Shown here: one piece after another, positions 28,401-38,069 of the stretch
Numbering within the stretch: position 1 is the stretch's first letter
How the letters are laid out: the number at the start of each line of letters is the position of its first letter
Sequence record: OR805295.1
Length of the DNA stretch: 64,000 nucleotides
Reading direction: 5' to 3' (one strand)
Program-made: the position numbers and the translations under genes
Notes under the pieces: model-generated
The model's database searches: none
The model's input: the letters and a program-made list of their open reading frames with translations, nothing else
Told to the model about the DNA's origin: nothing

Positions 28401-28497
28401 TAATGGAATAATTGCACTGTTAGTTAGTGCAGTTAATGAACTTTCTAAAGAAATAGAAGAATTAAAACAACAACTTTCTTACAAAAAAAGGGACTAA
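25471..28497 (+). CDS. Tail fibre protein with internal repeats and C-terminal intramolecular chaperone (peptidase S74) domain
   Basis: ~95-aa and ~60-aa repeats (GIVQLTD..ASTSTTTAATPNSVKTAYD, HTH motifs); C-terminal SDIKLKDNIQPI...GIIAQEV. Confidence 0.88.
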   Translation: MSSKIKFTDQYILSSVGQTSNNIVYLQVNDDQQLVVTHPMYATEWSTLGGLRVTGDQSKFDGSLEVGYELLVGQTSTFNNDMVVNGLVTVNRDSLDAMLIHGNVTLHGNLTVVGSSSGTTPGQVTISDNIMVVNTDDVGPGVTATYSGFEVQRGIPVGETNSHGEPGQGKLPSAGLVWNEVQKSWDLNYNPILSEKLPQNPRIINLGQPVADNDASTKKYVNDSITAALDDDIYLDRLTDVTISSPANKNILQYDSSTSQWRNLPYSFIRLTDVTGVSVPRGYVRWNAAGTQLVYETTIDYAQLTGLSDVAKAGQGALSFLSDVTLSSLSNTQALFYNGTSWVNRLINYSDIQNTPTNNSYSFIGLNDTNNTVVNNGYVRWNAAGTQLVYETTIDYAQLTGLSDVAKAGQGSLDYLTDVSIGTASSGNVLRYNGTDWVNQVLSYTDLSNTPTNNSYSFIGLNDTNDTALSGGYLRWNPTGTQIVYQSTIDYAQLTGLSSVAKAGQGALSFLSDVTISSPGASNTLRYDTTSSKWVNTRLAYSDLTGQPTSANYQLVGLSDTASTSVPLGYLRWNAAGTQVTYATTIDISVISGKSTVASAGSATLSNLEDAAVTTPAAGNTLIWNASTNKWTNGILDVSNITNAVPVSRTVSAGTGLSGGGNLSSNITLSVNRTLTDTWYAAASHTHDASNITSGVIANARLPVGSTTAQGILQLTDGVASTSTTTAATPNSVKTAYDLATTKANISHTHDASNITTGTIAVARLPVSSTTAQGIVQLTDGVASTSTTTAATPNSVKTAYDLATTKANASHTHDASNITSGVIANARLPFASTTVYGIVTLLDSVASTSISTAATPNSVKTAYDLATTKANISHTHTPAQVGLSNISNNGNTITGNTTISGALSVTGNAVFNTSDIKLKDNIQPIKNPVELLSKISGYTYTRNDCNNEKQTGIIAQEVETIQPESVREVDGIKTVNHNGIIALLVSAVNELSKEIEELKQQLSYKKRD
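26314..26702 (+). repeat. Identical 104-nt direct repeat (26314-26417 and 26599-26702), with degenerate copies near 26884 and 27175
   Basis: 285-nt period; encodes GYVRWNAAGTQLVYETTIDYAQLTGLSDVAKAGQG. Confidence 0.9.
27520..28100 (+). repeat. Three tandem ~180-nt fibre repeats
   Basis: HTHDASNIT.G.I..ARLP...TT..G...L.D.VASTS..TAATPNSVKTAYDLATTKAN repeated three times. Confidence 0.88.
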
Positions 28498-28513
28498 CCT
28501 AAGTCCCTTTTTT
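28483..28513. terminator. Bidirectional intrinsic terminator
   Basis: AAAAAAAGGGACT-6-AGTCCCTTTTTT between convergent genes. Confidence 0.85.
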
Positions 28514-29102
28514 CTGAAATTCCTAATAGCATTAAGCTAAAATCATTTAAGCAGTATTCTAGTTTATCTCTTATTTTATTTAATTCTTTTATATTTTTAT
28601 TAAAATATTTGTAATCTTTATTATATTTTGATTTAAAAATACATATTTTATTTAAATCGCAGTTTATATCTGAAATTACAGATAATAAAAAATATTCTGT
28701 ATAGAATGTGGATATAATCCACGATGTTTTTAGAGTAACTAAATCAGACAACAATGCTGCCTGTAACTCTTGATGTATACTATAAACGGGATTTATATTC
28801 TTTTTATAATTAGCAAGTATGGCAGGGTATTTATATTTAGATGTTTCTGTTTCTAGCGTGTTATATAATGTACATAATTCTGAATCGAATTTTATAGTTT
28901 CGTTATAATAATTTAACGCAATTTTAGTTGCTATATCTAATTCTAATTTTTTATATAATTCTTTTGTGCAAAGATTTTTTATATTAGAATTAATACCTTT
29001 ATTATTATATAATTCTTTGTTTATTATACCGGTTTTATTATATATGTTTAAATATTTTTTATATTTAAATTCAATTAAATTAGTTACTTCATTGTGTACC
29101 AT
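28494..29102 (-). CDS. Hypothetical protein (N/K/Y-rich)
   Basis: Fills the gap downstream of Nudix in the same operon. Confidence 0.7.
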   Translation of the reverse strand: MVHNEVTNLIEFKYKKYLNIYNKTGIINKELYNNKGINSNIKNLCTKELYKKLELDIATKIALNYYNETIKFDSELCTLYNTLETETSKYKYPAILANYKKNINPVYSIHQELQAALLSDLVTLKTSWIISTFYTEYFLLSVISDINCDLNKICIFKSKYNKDYKYFNKNIKELNKIRDKLEYCLNDFSLMLLGISEKRDLG

Positions 29103-29104
29103 TT

Positions 29105-29596
29105 TTATACTTCTTTATGGTTTGACAATATTAATTTAAGTTTATCGATACTTTTAGCAGATTTAAAACTTTGCTTTGCACCATAGTGCATAGGATTCGG
29201 CCAAGTACCTAATGAAACCCAAGCATATCCTGACGATTCCGAATTAAGTATAGGAATGAATTCGTCTTCTACAACACAAACAAAACTGTAATATCTAAAA
29301 TTTTTATCTTTACTTTCGTAAATATCAAACGGATATATTTTATCTATATTGGGTACAAAACCCATTTCTTCTTGAAGTTCTCTTAGAAGCCCATCCTTCG
29401 GTAATTCGTTATTTTCTAACATACCTCCCCATAAACTCCATGTAAGACTATATGTCTTGTGCTCTGCACGCAAATTATATAGAATTCTATTAGTTTTGCA
29501 TGAAATAAAAAGAGTCCCCACAGCTATCTTTTTAGCTAATTGAGCAGATGTTATCGACGCGCCAATATCCTGCTTTATAATCCCCTGCGTATCCAT
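29105..29596 (-). CDS. Nudix hydrolase
   Basis: Nudix box WGGMLENNELPKDGLLRELQEEMG. Start uncertain (29653, 29596 or downstream). Confidence 0.88.
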   Translation of the reverse strand: MDTQGIIKQDIGASITSAQLAKKIAVGTLFISCKTNRILYNLRAEHKTYSLTWSLWGGMLENNELPKDGLLRELQEEMGFVPNIDKIYPFDIYESKDKNFRYYSFVCVVEDEFIPILNSESSGYAWVSLGTWPNPMHYGAKQSFKSAKSIDKLKLILSNHKEV

Positions 29597-30902
29597 ATTG
29601 CCATTCTCTATCTTTAAATTTGTATAATTCTTTATCGTATAAATTTCTAACATACACAGGACTATTATTTGTTACTCTTGCATTAAATGTAACTACCCAT
29701 TGTGTTCCTGTATATTCTATTATATCAGAATCGTATGCAACAAAACTATTACCCCATGGGTATGAATTTTTTATTGCAGGTTCTTCTCCTTTAGTTAACG
29801 AATTTAGTACCATGTATCTTTGGCCTATTTGTGCTTCTGGTAATTTATTTCCAGGAAACATTTTAGATGGATCTATAATTCTATTTATAGGCGGAATAGT
29901 AGCAGAAGGCAAAGTTTCGTCTATTGGGGTAAATGTAGTTGTATTTGTAGACGAAGGTTCTATATATCCTATTATTTCTATATCGGGATTATCTATATTT
30001 CCCTGAATGAGTTTAACTGTAGTAACATTTTGTTCAACTGAACCGTATATATTAAGTAATTTGTCCCACGAATCGGATGATACATCTCCGTATGTATTAA
30101 GTAATGTTAGTTTGTTATCAATTACTCTTAGACCATAGTTTCCGGGTGTCACACATAACTGTTCTTTAACTGTACCGGGAGTTACATTAAAGAAATCGGT
30201 CGTACTTTTTATATCAGAAAAACTATCTGTATAAATGTTACTTATGATTGTATTGATTATCTTTTGTTTTTTAACTTTAGCTGGCGGATTTATATATACA
30301 ATCATTTGAAATATAAGAGACGATATATCGTAGTCAGTAGATGTTCCTACAGGTATAGTCCTGTTAGACCATTGTGTTTCTTTTAATTCTAATTCAAATA
30401 TTCTAGACCAATCTAAGGGGTTTTGATTTTGTTCTAGCTGTATACTAGGGTTAAATAATACTAATATTTGTTCTAAAATTTGTAATTTATTATCTGTATT
30501 AGAAGTCAATATATCTAATCGTGTTGTTAGTTTATAAGGCACAGGCATATATGCTTCAACTGTGTATCTATTTCCAGGTTTGTTAATATAACTACCATTT
30601 GCATCTGTAGCTAATTCCGTAACACTAGATACTTTTACCCCTTGTGTATCAACCCGATAATCTGGTGCCAAATCTAAACCAGTGATATAACCTGCCATAA
30701 TAGGCACAGGTATTACTGTATTTTGATTATTTCCGTTAATAATAGATGCAACTTGTCTGGACATATCTCCGTATATAACTGGGACTCTTTTTTGAATAGA
30801 TACGCCGTTATCGTCAGGTGCAGTTCTTATGTTTATATCTGAAAAAACTCGTAGAAACTGTAAAAGATATCGTCTTAACTGCTCGTCGTAAAAATAGTTC
30901 AT
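29532..30902 (-). CDS. gp15: Tail terminator / sheath stabiliser gp15-like with C-terminal extension
   Basis: YFYDEQLRRYLLQF..VFS, VPVIYG, PVPY, QILEQILVLFNP motifs. Confidence 0.85.
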   Translation of the reverse strand: MNYFYDEQLRRYLLQFLRVFSDINIRTAPDDNGVSIQKRVPVIYGDMSRQVASIINGNNQNTVIPVPIMAGYITGLDLAPDYRVDTQGVKVSSVTELATDANGSYINKPGNRYTVEAYMPVPYKLTTRLDILTSNTDNKLQILEQILVLFNPSIQLEQNQNPLDWSRIFELELKETQWSNRTIPVGTSTDYDISSLIFQMIVYINPPAKVKKQKIINTIISNIYTDSFSDIKSTTDFFNVTPGTVKEQLCVTPGNYGLRVIDNKLTLLNTYGDVSSDSWDKLLNIYGSVEQNVTTVKLIQGNIDNPDIEIIGYIEPSSTNTTTFTPIDETLPSATIPPINRIIDPSKMFPGNKLPEAQIGQRYMVLNSLTKGEEPAIKNSYPWGNSFVAYDSDIIEYTGTQWVVTFNARVTNNSPVYVRNLYDKELYKFKDREWQYGYAGDYKAGYWRVDNICSIS

Positions 30903-31993
30903 TATTTTTTACCGTATATTTCGTTGAGTTTATCTTCGTTTAGATTTACTCTGGCTTTTACTGCTTTAGATAGTGCTTGTTTTTCTGGTGCTGTAGTACA
31001 ATCATTATTTGTAACAATGTTTGTGTTATCGATGAATGTATCTAATAGCATATTTACTGGAGTCCATTTTCTCCTAGCATCATCTTCTATTTTTATATAG
31101 CGATTTCCTACTTTTCTAAATAATCTGTCTGGCTTAAAGTCTGTTCTTAAAAAGAATTCTCCCTCTTGCATATCATCTGGAAATTCTGTACCAGACCCTT
31201 TTAGTTTGTATGCATTTGGCGGCACACCAGTTCCAGTCCATAGTAATAATTCGAACGAACCGTTTTCTTTTTCTGCCATCCAGAGATGTGCAGCATCTGA
31301 CCATGTAGGATCGAACATAACATTTTTTCTTGCTTCTTCTATTATACCGTCTGTTATGTCTTGATATTTGTCGTCGTTTGTTATAGGGCATTTATTATCA
31401 TCATAACATCCGGCAGGACCTATTTCTTCTCCGTTGGGACCTATTGCTGTTCCGTCAGTTCCTATAATATCTTCGTATTCTTGACCGCCTTTTAGTTGTT
31501 GAGCTTTTACTCTCCATAAATGAGACCACCAGCCCGGACCATATCCTTCTGCAGAATGAGTAGCATCTTGAATTACATAATATCTATTTAATATAGGATC
31601 GTTAATATCTAGTGTATCGGGATCTCTTAAATGAGGTAATTCTAATACATCACCGGACATTAATTTTCTACCTATTTGATTTAGCATAGAATTATAATGA
31701 AATGTTATGAAAATGATATCGTTTGTTAAAAATATACCGAACTGTGATAAATCGAATTCAGAATTTTGCGGCTGATAACACCCCCTCAAGTCAAACAAAC
31801 TACTATCATATTTTCTATTTCTATTTTCTAAAAATAAAATATCTTCTATTGTAGTTTCGTCGCCTTTACCTGTCCCTACATATTTGTGAACTATAATTCC
31901 AGTACCGCCCATTTCTACAAAATCTTTTACAGTTCTGTCTACGAAACTATAGTCTTTTCCTTTGTTAGGATTCCAAAGTGATAACCGTGCCAT
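30902..31993 (-). CDS. gp14: Neck protein gp14-like
   Basis: DLSQFGIFL, GRKLMSGDVLELPHL context, upstream of gp15; GATAAATA on - at 32013-20. Confidence 0.75.
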   Translation of the reverse strand: MARLSLWNPNKGKDYSFVDRTVKDFVEMGGTGIIVHKYVGTGKGDETTIEDILFLENRNRKYDSSLFDLRGCYQPQNSEFDLSQFGIFLTNDIIFITFHYNSMLNQIGRKLMSGDVLELPHLRDPDTLDINDPILNRYYVIQDATHSAEGYGPGWWSHLWRVKAQQLKGGQEYEDIIGTDGTAIGPNGEEIGPAGCYDDNKCPITNDDKYQDITDGIIEEARKNVMFDPTWSDAAHLWMAEKENGSFELLLWTGTGVPPNAYKLKGSGTEFPDDMQEGEFFLRTDFKPDRLFRKVGNRYIKIEDDARRKWTPVNMLLDTFIDNTNIVTNNDCTTAPEKQALSKAVKARVNLNEDKLNEIYGKK

Positions 31994-32047
31994 ATAAACT
32001 CCTAGTTATAGGTATTTATCTGATAAAATAAACAAAAATATCTCAAT

Positions 32048-32074
32048 AAAAAAGCAACCTTAGGTTGCTTTTTT
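32048..32074 (-). terminator. Intrinsic terminator
   Basis: AAAAAAGCAACC-TTA-GGTTGCTTTTTT at the end of the fibre operon. Confidence 0.8.
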
Positions 32075-32557
32075 TTCTCTTTGCTTTTTTCTTAAATCGT
32101 TGTATTTTTTTTCATAATTAACTGATAGTTCGGGGAATTCTATTTTTAATAAATCTTGTGCTTTTTTTATTTTAGAAAAATCTACTTTTTCTGGTAAGTC
32201 TCGTAAAATATCTTTATCTTTTTCTATAATAGATAATATATCGGGGTTAGTTATATACTTAACTGCTTCTCTGTCAAGGGAAGCCAAAACCATATTTCTT
32301 TCAGTTCTTATATTTTTTAATGTTTTATTTGCAGCAGAATCTAAATCTATTACTACTTTAGTTGGATTTTGTATTTTATCAAATTTTAATGAATCGAAAA
32401 ATTGTTGTTCTAAAGTGTCGGGAAGTTTATCGTATATAACATATTGGGTATTTTCGTTAAATATACCCAGCGTATATAATTCTTCTGTAGATTTGTCTGT
32501 TATTAATTTAGCAACCCTTGTTTCGTCGATAGGGTTTGTATAAAAGATGGTTTTCAT
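32060..32557 (-). CDS. Putative tail fibre assembly chaperone
   Basis: IRTERNMVLASLD...KDILRDLP motif of tail-fibre assembly chaperones; last gene after three fibre paralogues. Confidence 0.6.
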   Translation of the reverse strand: MKTIFYTNPIDETRVAKLITDKSTEELYTLGIFNENTQYVIYDKLPDTLEQQFFDSLKFDKIQNPTKVVIDLDSAANKTLKNIRTERNMVLASLDREAVKYITNPDILSIIEKDKDILRDLPEKVDFSKIKKAQDLLKIEFPELSVNYEKKYNDLRKKQREKKAT

Positions 32558-32570
32558 GTGTATCTATCCT

Positions 32571-34106
32571 TTAGTAGTATATTACAAGTGAGAAGAACGG
32601 TGCATCGAAATAATCTTCGCCGAATCTGTTAGTCCAACCCGATGGATTGTAATTTATTATGTGATCTGCTTTTGTTATTTTACAGTTAACATCAAAATAT
32701 GTGGTAGTTTTTGTTGTTACCCATTGTTCAGTTATATTTAGTTGATTATTCCATACCATTGCATCGGCGTTTCCTAATACAACTACATAATTTGTATCTG
32801 GCGCAGGCACAGATAGATATACTCTATAGCGACCCGATGCTAATTTACTAACTGTTAAATTCCAGGAATCTAGTCTACTGCCAGTAGGACCGGACCAAGA
32901 TATCCATCCTTTTGATTTTTTTATTAAAGTGTTATATCCGGCCCATTCATTTAATGATTGCGCCGGAGTAAATCTCATAGTATTGTTTGAATTACTTCTT
33001 ACAAAACCTATTTTGCTATTTCTAGTAAATTGATCACTAGTATTGTTGCCCGTAGATCTTAACAATCTACCAGTGATAGAACCTGAGGAATCTCGCTCTA
33101 CTACAGTGCCTGGAGTAGCAAGCGTAGAGTTTATTCTACCGTCTAATGCAGCAGAATCTGATGCTTTACCGTTAACAGGAAGAGCCCCTATTTGTGCAGG
33201 CGTCGGTCTATATCCCAAATGAAATACTTGATTATTGCCAATGTATAGTTGATTTGGAGATAATCTATATTGTAATGCTAGAACAGGAGCTGTATTAAGT
33301 GAGCCTCTATTATATAGTTTAATAAAAACAGATGACGTACTAAGAGTAGTATTATTTAATTCTAATATAGTAGCTGATGAATTGTTAGTAGCTATTGTAT
33401 TATTAATAGATAGACCGTTAGAAATACCCCTAGATTCTAAGTATGATTTTCCTGATCTAAACGACATTAATCCGTCAGATGGTGTTACATTAATGGCTGC
33501 ATTTGCTACAGGAGCAGCAACCTTCATAAATTTTGCAGCAGGTATTCCGTTTAAATTATTCGAGTTTGCTGCTTTATCTGTTTTCTTTAGAAATAAAGCA
33601 TCTGCTTCTGCTTTAGTGTAAGTAACATCCTTACCGAAAACACCTAAATTTGTTCTAGCAGAACTTGCGTTTAATACGTCTGCAAAATTTTTAGATTTAT
33701 CGAATATAGGGTAATTTTCTAATTTATCTAGTTTTACTGAATATTTGTCTACTAAGTGAGGGTTATTATAGTTAGTAATATGAGCCCATACTGCATCTTC
33801 TTCGAATTTAGTAATAGGAACCCAGTTATTTATATTTGTACTATCTAATCCATTTGGTCCAGGGAATATGTACATTTGCCTTGTATTTTCTTTCCACCAT
33901 AACTGCCCCGTTACGGCAGATACCGGTGGAAGATGATATGAGAAATTATTTAGTATATTAATTAAATTCTCACCAACATCTTGTACATATGATTTTACAT
34001 AAGTTCCTGTGAATACTAATGAAGTTTCTGTATTTTTTTTTAAATCTTTGACTAAATAACCGCCGTCGATTAGTCTATATCGATAATGTTTTACTCTGTA
34101 ATTCAT
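32571..34106 (-). CDS. Virion fibre protein, paralogue 3
   Basis: ENLINILNNFS..PP....GQLWW anchor, H..NYNNPH.V motif, C-terminal KGWISWSG..SKLASGRYRVY domain. Confidence 0.75.
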   Translation of the reverse strand: MNYRVKHYRYRLIDGGYLVKDLKKNTETSLVFTGTYVKSYVQDVGENLINILNNFSYHLPPVSAVTGQLWWKENTRQMYIFPGPNGLDSTNINNWVPITKFEEDAVWAHITNYNNPHLVDKYSVKLDKLENYPIFDKSKNFADVLNASSARTNLGVFGKDVTYTKAEADALFLKKTDKAANSNNLNGIPAAKFMKVAAPVANAAINVTPSDGLMSFRSGKSYLESRGISNGLSINNTIATNNSSATILELNNTTLSTSSVFIKLYNRGSLNTAPVLALQYRLSPNQLYIGNNQVFHLGYRPTPAQIGALPVNGKASDSAALDGRINSTLATPGTVVERDSSGSITGRLLRSTGNNTSDQFTRNSKIGFVRSNSNNTMRFTPAQSLNEWAGYNTLIKKSKGWISWSGPTGSRLDSWNLTVSKLASGRYRVYLSVPAPDTNYVVVLGNADAMVWNNQLNITEQWVTTKTTTYFDVNCKITKADHIINYNPSGWTNRFGEDYFDAPFFSLVIYY

Positions 34107-34107
34107 A

Positions 34108-35706
34108 TTAGAAGAACCATGTAAATGTTATGTTGTTAGCGTCTGCGTATACATTAGTAAACGAATCTAAAGAATAGTTATTATAATTAATATTGTATGT
34201 TCTGAAGAATTCTAAATCTGTATAAGTAGTGCTTCTTAAATATACCAATGATGAATTGTAGCTAAGTCTCCCAGTGCCAGCAGCCATACCGGTAGATATT
34301 TGACCGTCACTAGTAACTCCTACAAACGGAACAACAGAACCCACAGCAGGCGTAGAAAATGAATTGTAATATATTCTATATTTCCCTGTACCTAGTTTAG
34401 TTAGTGTACAGTTATGTGACTTATAAGTAGAACCTGTTATTCCGTTAAATTGTATCCAAGCTTTAACTACACCTTTCGGTTCGTTAGCCCTAAACCACGA
34501 CTGGAATGAAGAGACATTTGCTCGTCTAACATAGTTATCGCTTGTATTTGAATTTCTAAATAGAATTAAATTTCCTGTTTCTATATTTTCGTCTGGATTA
34601 GAAACTTGAATGTGTCTAACATGTACATCTCCTGCACCATCTCTTAATACAACTGCATTGTCATTTGGACTGCTAGATTGATAAATGCCATTTAATAATA
34701 ATGTATTGACAGCCTTTCCGTTTAGTGGAAGTGAGCCGACAGCAGCGTTAGACGGTATTCTTCCTGTATGATACATTTCACTAGGATTAGTATCGTAGTC
34801 TATTATTAAATTAGTTTTTGTAAATCTATATGATTTTACTGGTTGTGCTGTTTGATTGTTTGCAGTAGCACGATTAAATACAACCATAGTAACTATAGGA
34901 TCACTATTATCGTTAATAAACGATAACATAGCACCGGTATCGTTTGCAGATGCAATTCTTCCGTCTGATCTTATTCCGGACAACAACTCTATATTTCCTG
35001 CACCTGTGTTAACTACTATAGAACCTTTAGAGTTATTATACGTTAACGCAGTATTAGTGATTATACTAGTTGTATCAAATGTTCTATAAACAACAGGGTT
35101 GTCTACAAGGACAAAATCAGCACTAGTTAAGCCATCTAATCTGTCAGTATTATTTACTGTACCACCTTTTGTCATAAAAAGATTGTTTACAGTAGTTTTA
35201 TTGTAAGTTTCTGAAGTCCCGTATACTTCTAAATTAGATCTGCATATAGATGCATCTAATACATCTGCAAGATTTAATGTTTTATTGAATGTGTAAACAT
35301 TAGGAACATTTCCCAATCCCACTTGTTCTTTTGTTGTCTCGTGGGGATCGTTAATACCTGTTCTTGATTCGTGATCTGTTAGCTCATTTAAAATAGTAGA
35401 TCCTAGATTTTTCCAATCGGAAGAAACAGACGTAGGTTTATCATTACTTATGTAAACTTTAACACTTTTTTCATCTGGATTAAACCATAATTGACCTTCT
35501 ATCGGATTTAACGGAGCAATAGTATGACTAAAATTTTCCATCTTCCATAGCATATTTTGGAAGAACTGACTTTTGTAAGATTCATTATACGATCCTATTA
35601 GTCCAATAGAAGAGTACGTATTGTCTATTTGTATATCGTTAACGGTTTTATTTGGTTTAGAAGAGCCGCCGTTGACAGATGAATAACGTTTAATAGTGTA
35701 AGGCAT
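34108..35706 (-). CDS. Virion fibre protein, paralogue 2
   Basis: QNMLWKMENFS..APLNPIEGQLWFN, NDPHETTKEQVGLGNV, VKAWIQFNG..TKLGTGKYRIY. Confidence 0.78.
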   Translation of the reverse strand: MPYTIKRYSSVNGGSSKPNKTVNDIQIDNTYSSIGLIGSYNESYKSQFFQNMLWKMENFSHTIAPLNPIEGQLWFNPDEKSVKVYISNDKPTSVSSDWKNLGSTILNELTDHESRTGINDPHETTKEQVGLGNVPNVYTFNKTLNLADVLDASICRSNLEVYGTSETYNKTTVNNLFMTKGGTVNNTDRLDGLTSADFVLVDNPVVYRTFDTTSIITNTALTYNNSKGSIVVNTGAGNIELLSGIRSDGRIASANDTGAMLSFINDNSDPIVTMVVFNRATANNQTAQPVKSYRFTKTNLIIDYDTNPSEMYHTGRIPSNAAVGSLPLNGKAVNTLLLNGIYQSSSPNDNAVVLRDGAGDVHVRHIQVSNPDENIETGNLILFRNSNTSDNYVRRANVSSFQSWFRANEPKGVVKAWIQFNGITGSTYKSHNCTLTKLGTGKYRIYYNSFSTPAVGSVVPFVGVTSDGQISTGMAAGTGRLSYNSSLVYLRSTTYTDLEFFRTYNINYNNYSLDSFTNVYADANNITFTWFF

Positions 35707-38069
35707 TATAGATTTACCCAGGATGAAAAATATACTTGTAATGATGCTAATCCCGGATCGTCATATTCCCTCGAATAATCCTGATAACCGGTTCCGTCGT
35801 TGTTATTAAAGTTACTGTTTAATGTACTAGCAACGTCAAAGTATGATAATGTTTTGTTATAGCAATATATAGACACTGCTCTAAATGCTTTAGAATAGTT
35901 AACAATATCTCCCTCTATGGCACCTACGTGCCCCTCTGACATACATTGTGTCATAACAGCATAATTTGTATTTGTTGGACGCAAAGTAGTAAAATAGAAT
36001 CTATATAATCCTGTTCCTAATTTTGTTATAGATAAGTTTAAAGTGTTTATTACAAAGAAGGAACCGCCCGTAAGATTTGTGTCTGAGAATGATGCCAGAC
36101 CTTTTGGCATATCTATTTCTACTTTCCAGTCATATCCTAAATAAGTTACTAATTGGTCCCTGCTAGCAAAACGAACATAATTGTCATTAGTATTATTATT
36201 TCTAAATGTTACTTGGGCATTTACTGACATAGGGTCTGCATTAGTGTATGTCATAATAAATGAAGATGCAGATAGATACCCGCCGTTTGCATCAGGAAGA
36301 TTAGAAGGTGTATATCTTACTGCTATTGTGTTGGCACCCGGACTAGTTGAATTTATTTTACCGTTAAGTAAATATGAATCTACGGCAGTACCGTTCCAAG
36401 CCAATGCTCCTACTTCGGCAGCGGTCGGCGGCCGTCTGTCGTGGAATGCTAAATTACCAGAACCTATATATAGATTGTCTGCTTTAAATGATATGATACT
36501 ATTTGCTACTAATGGTGTATTTATTGCACCAGTATCATAGAAGACAAACTGTATTCCGTTATCTAATGTATTGTTAGTAACCATATTCATACTAACAGCA
36601 GTAGTATTATTTTGAGAATGAATATCTGTAACAGTACCGCCTAGTATTAGACTAGTTCCATAATTGGGTTTATATGCTAATCTGAAACTATTATCATTCA
36701 TTACTATTACATCTCCTGATGTAACAGATGAAGTTATAGACGAAGTAACAAACGGTGTTTGTTTTTTAACGTAAGCTGTGCTATCTAACCCGCCTAGTAA
36801 TTCTGAATCTGGAGAAGAACTATTTGATTTATCTACGAATAGATTATTATATTCTTGGGAATTGTATGTTTCGTTTTTACCATATATAGATAAATTATTT
36901 CTAGCGGCTGCCTTATTTAAAACATCTGCTAGGTTCAGTGTTTTATCGAATGTATTTACGTTATCTACTAACCCTAGCCCTATCTGTTCTTTTGTAACTT
37001 GATGAGGGTCGTTTTTATCATTAATGTGAGCACTAAGTAAATCTAATGTGCCCTGAGTTAATGGATGCCATTTTGCTAGATTTGTAAATTCGCCAGGTTC
37101 TCCTACATATACATAAAATGATCCTTGTGTACCGGGTCCTTCTGTTTTATACCATAGTTGTCCTTTTATAGCATTTTGGGGAGGAGAAGAACTAGCAAAG
37201 TTTTCTACCATCCATATCATGGATTCACTAAATGCTTTTTCGTAACCTGCCGAATTATATCCTGGCATAGATATAGAAAGTAAGTTAGAAGAAATATAGT
37301 TATCAGGTACATTTAATCCTGGAATCTTGTTATAGCACTTTGCAGAAAAAGATAATACCTCGAAAGTACATAAATCCTGATTACCTGATACAAATCCAAA
37401 TAATGCAGATGTTTTAAAATCAGTTAGTATATCATCGTTTAGATCTATAGTAAACACTGAGTTATCTAATATTACGTTAGAATTCCAGTCGGAACACTTA
37501 GCTGTTATTTTATTATTTTCTCTAATTACATTGATAATTGTATATCTATTTGACCAACCGAGATATCCTGTAGATGATGTAGAAGTAGCCCCAGCAGGAC
37601 TATTAATTCCTATTGTTTTACTAGAAAGAATCGTTCTAGTTTTATTGTTATCTAAAATTAGTTCCCAATTCCTTCCGGATCCGCTGCTAGATGTGTTACC
37701 TAATGACCGGACAGCAGATATATATTTTCCTTTTTGTCCAGCAACACACAAACCTAACCTGTTATTTCTTATAGAATTGCTAGATATTTTTATTGTAATA
37801 TTAAAATCACTAACTTGATCCATGTATAACGCATAGCTATATAACGATGCTGCATTAGTTGATATAGGATCGGGAGTTCTTGTGTAAGAAAGAATAGAAG
37901 TAGCTGACCATCCTGCAGTGACGCCGCCTATTGCTTTTCCTTCCCATGCATCATACAAGTTAACTGATGTAGCTTTTGACCAATCAGAAACAACTTCTTG
38001 GTAACTAGGAAAAGAAGTTAGTTCTCTATTTTGGTAATAATTATTTGATAAACGTAATTCGTAACCCAT
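35706..38069 (-). CDS. Virion fibre protein, paralogue 1, with an extra ~240-aa beta-rich domain
   Basis: ESMIWMVENFA..PPQNAIKGQLWYK, NDPHQVTKEQIGLGLV, PKGLASF..TKLGTGLYRFY; GATAAATA on - at 38094-101. Confidence 0.78.
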   Translation of the reverse strand: MGYELRLSNNYYQNRELTSFPSYQEVVSDWSKATSVNLYDAWEGKAIGGVTAGWSATSILSYTRTPDPISTNAASLYSYALYMDQVSDFNITIKISSNSIRNNRLGLCVAGQKGKYISAVRSLGNTSSSGSGRNWELILDNNKTRTILSSKTIGINSPAGATSTSSTGYLGWSNRYTIINVIRENNKITAKCSDWNSNVILDNSVFTIDLNDDILTDFKTSALFGFVSGNQDLCTFEVLSFSAKCYNKIPGLNVPDNYISSNLLSISMPGYNSAGYEKAFSESMIWMVENFASSSPPQNAIKGQLWYKTEGPGTQGSFYVYVGEPGEFTNLAKWHPLTQGTLDLLSAHINDKNDPHQVTKEQIGLGLVDNVNTFDKTLNLADVLNKAAARNNLSIYGKNETYNSQEYNNLFVDKSNSSSPDSELLGGLDSTAYVKKQTPFVTSSITSSVTSGDVIVMNDNSFRLAYKPNYGTSLILGGTVTDIHSQNNTTAVSMNMVTNNTLDNGIQFVFYDTGAINTPLVANSIISFKADNLYIGSGNLAFHDRRPPTAAEVGALAWNGTAVDSYLLNGKINSTSPGANTIAVRYTPSNLPDANGGYLSASSFIMTYTNADPMSVNAQVTFRNNNTNDNYVRFASRDQLVTYLGYDWKVEIDMPKGLASFSDTNLTGGSFFVINTLNLSITKLGTGLYRFYFTTLRPTNTNYAVMTQCMSEGHVGAIEGDIVNYSKAFRAVSIYCYNKTLSYFDVASTLNSNFNNNDGTGYQDYSREYDDPGLASLQVYFSSWVNL

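Noticed and set aside
25471-38069. Diversity-generating retroelement acting on the fibre genes
   Set aside because: No reverse transcriptase in the window, and the repeats are identical or synonymous variants rather than adenine-specific TR/VR pairs.
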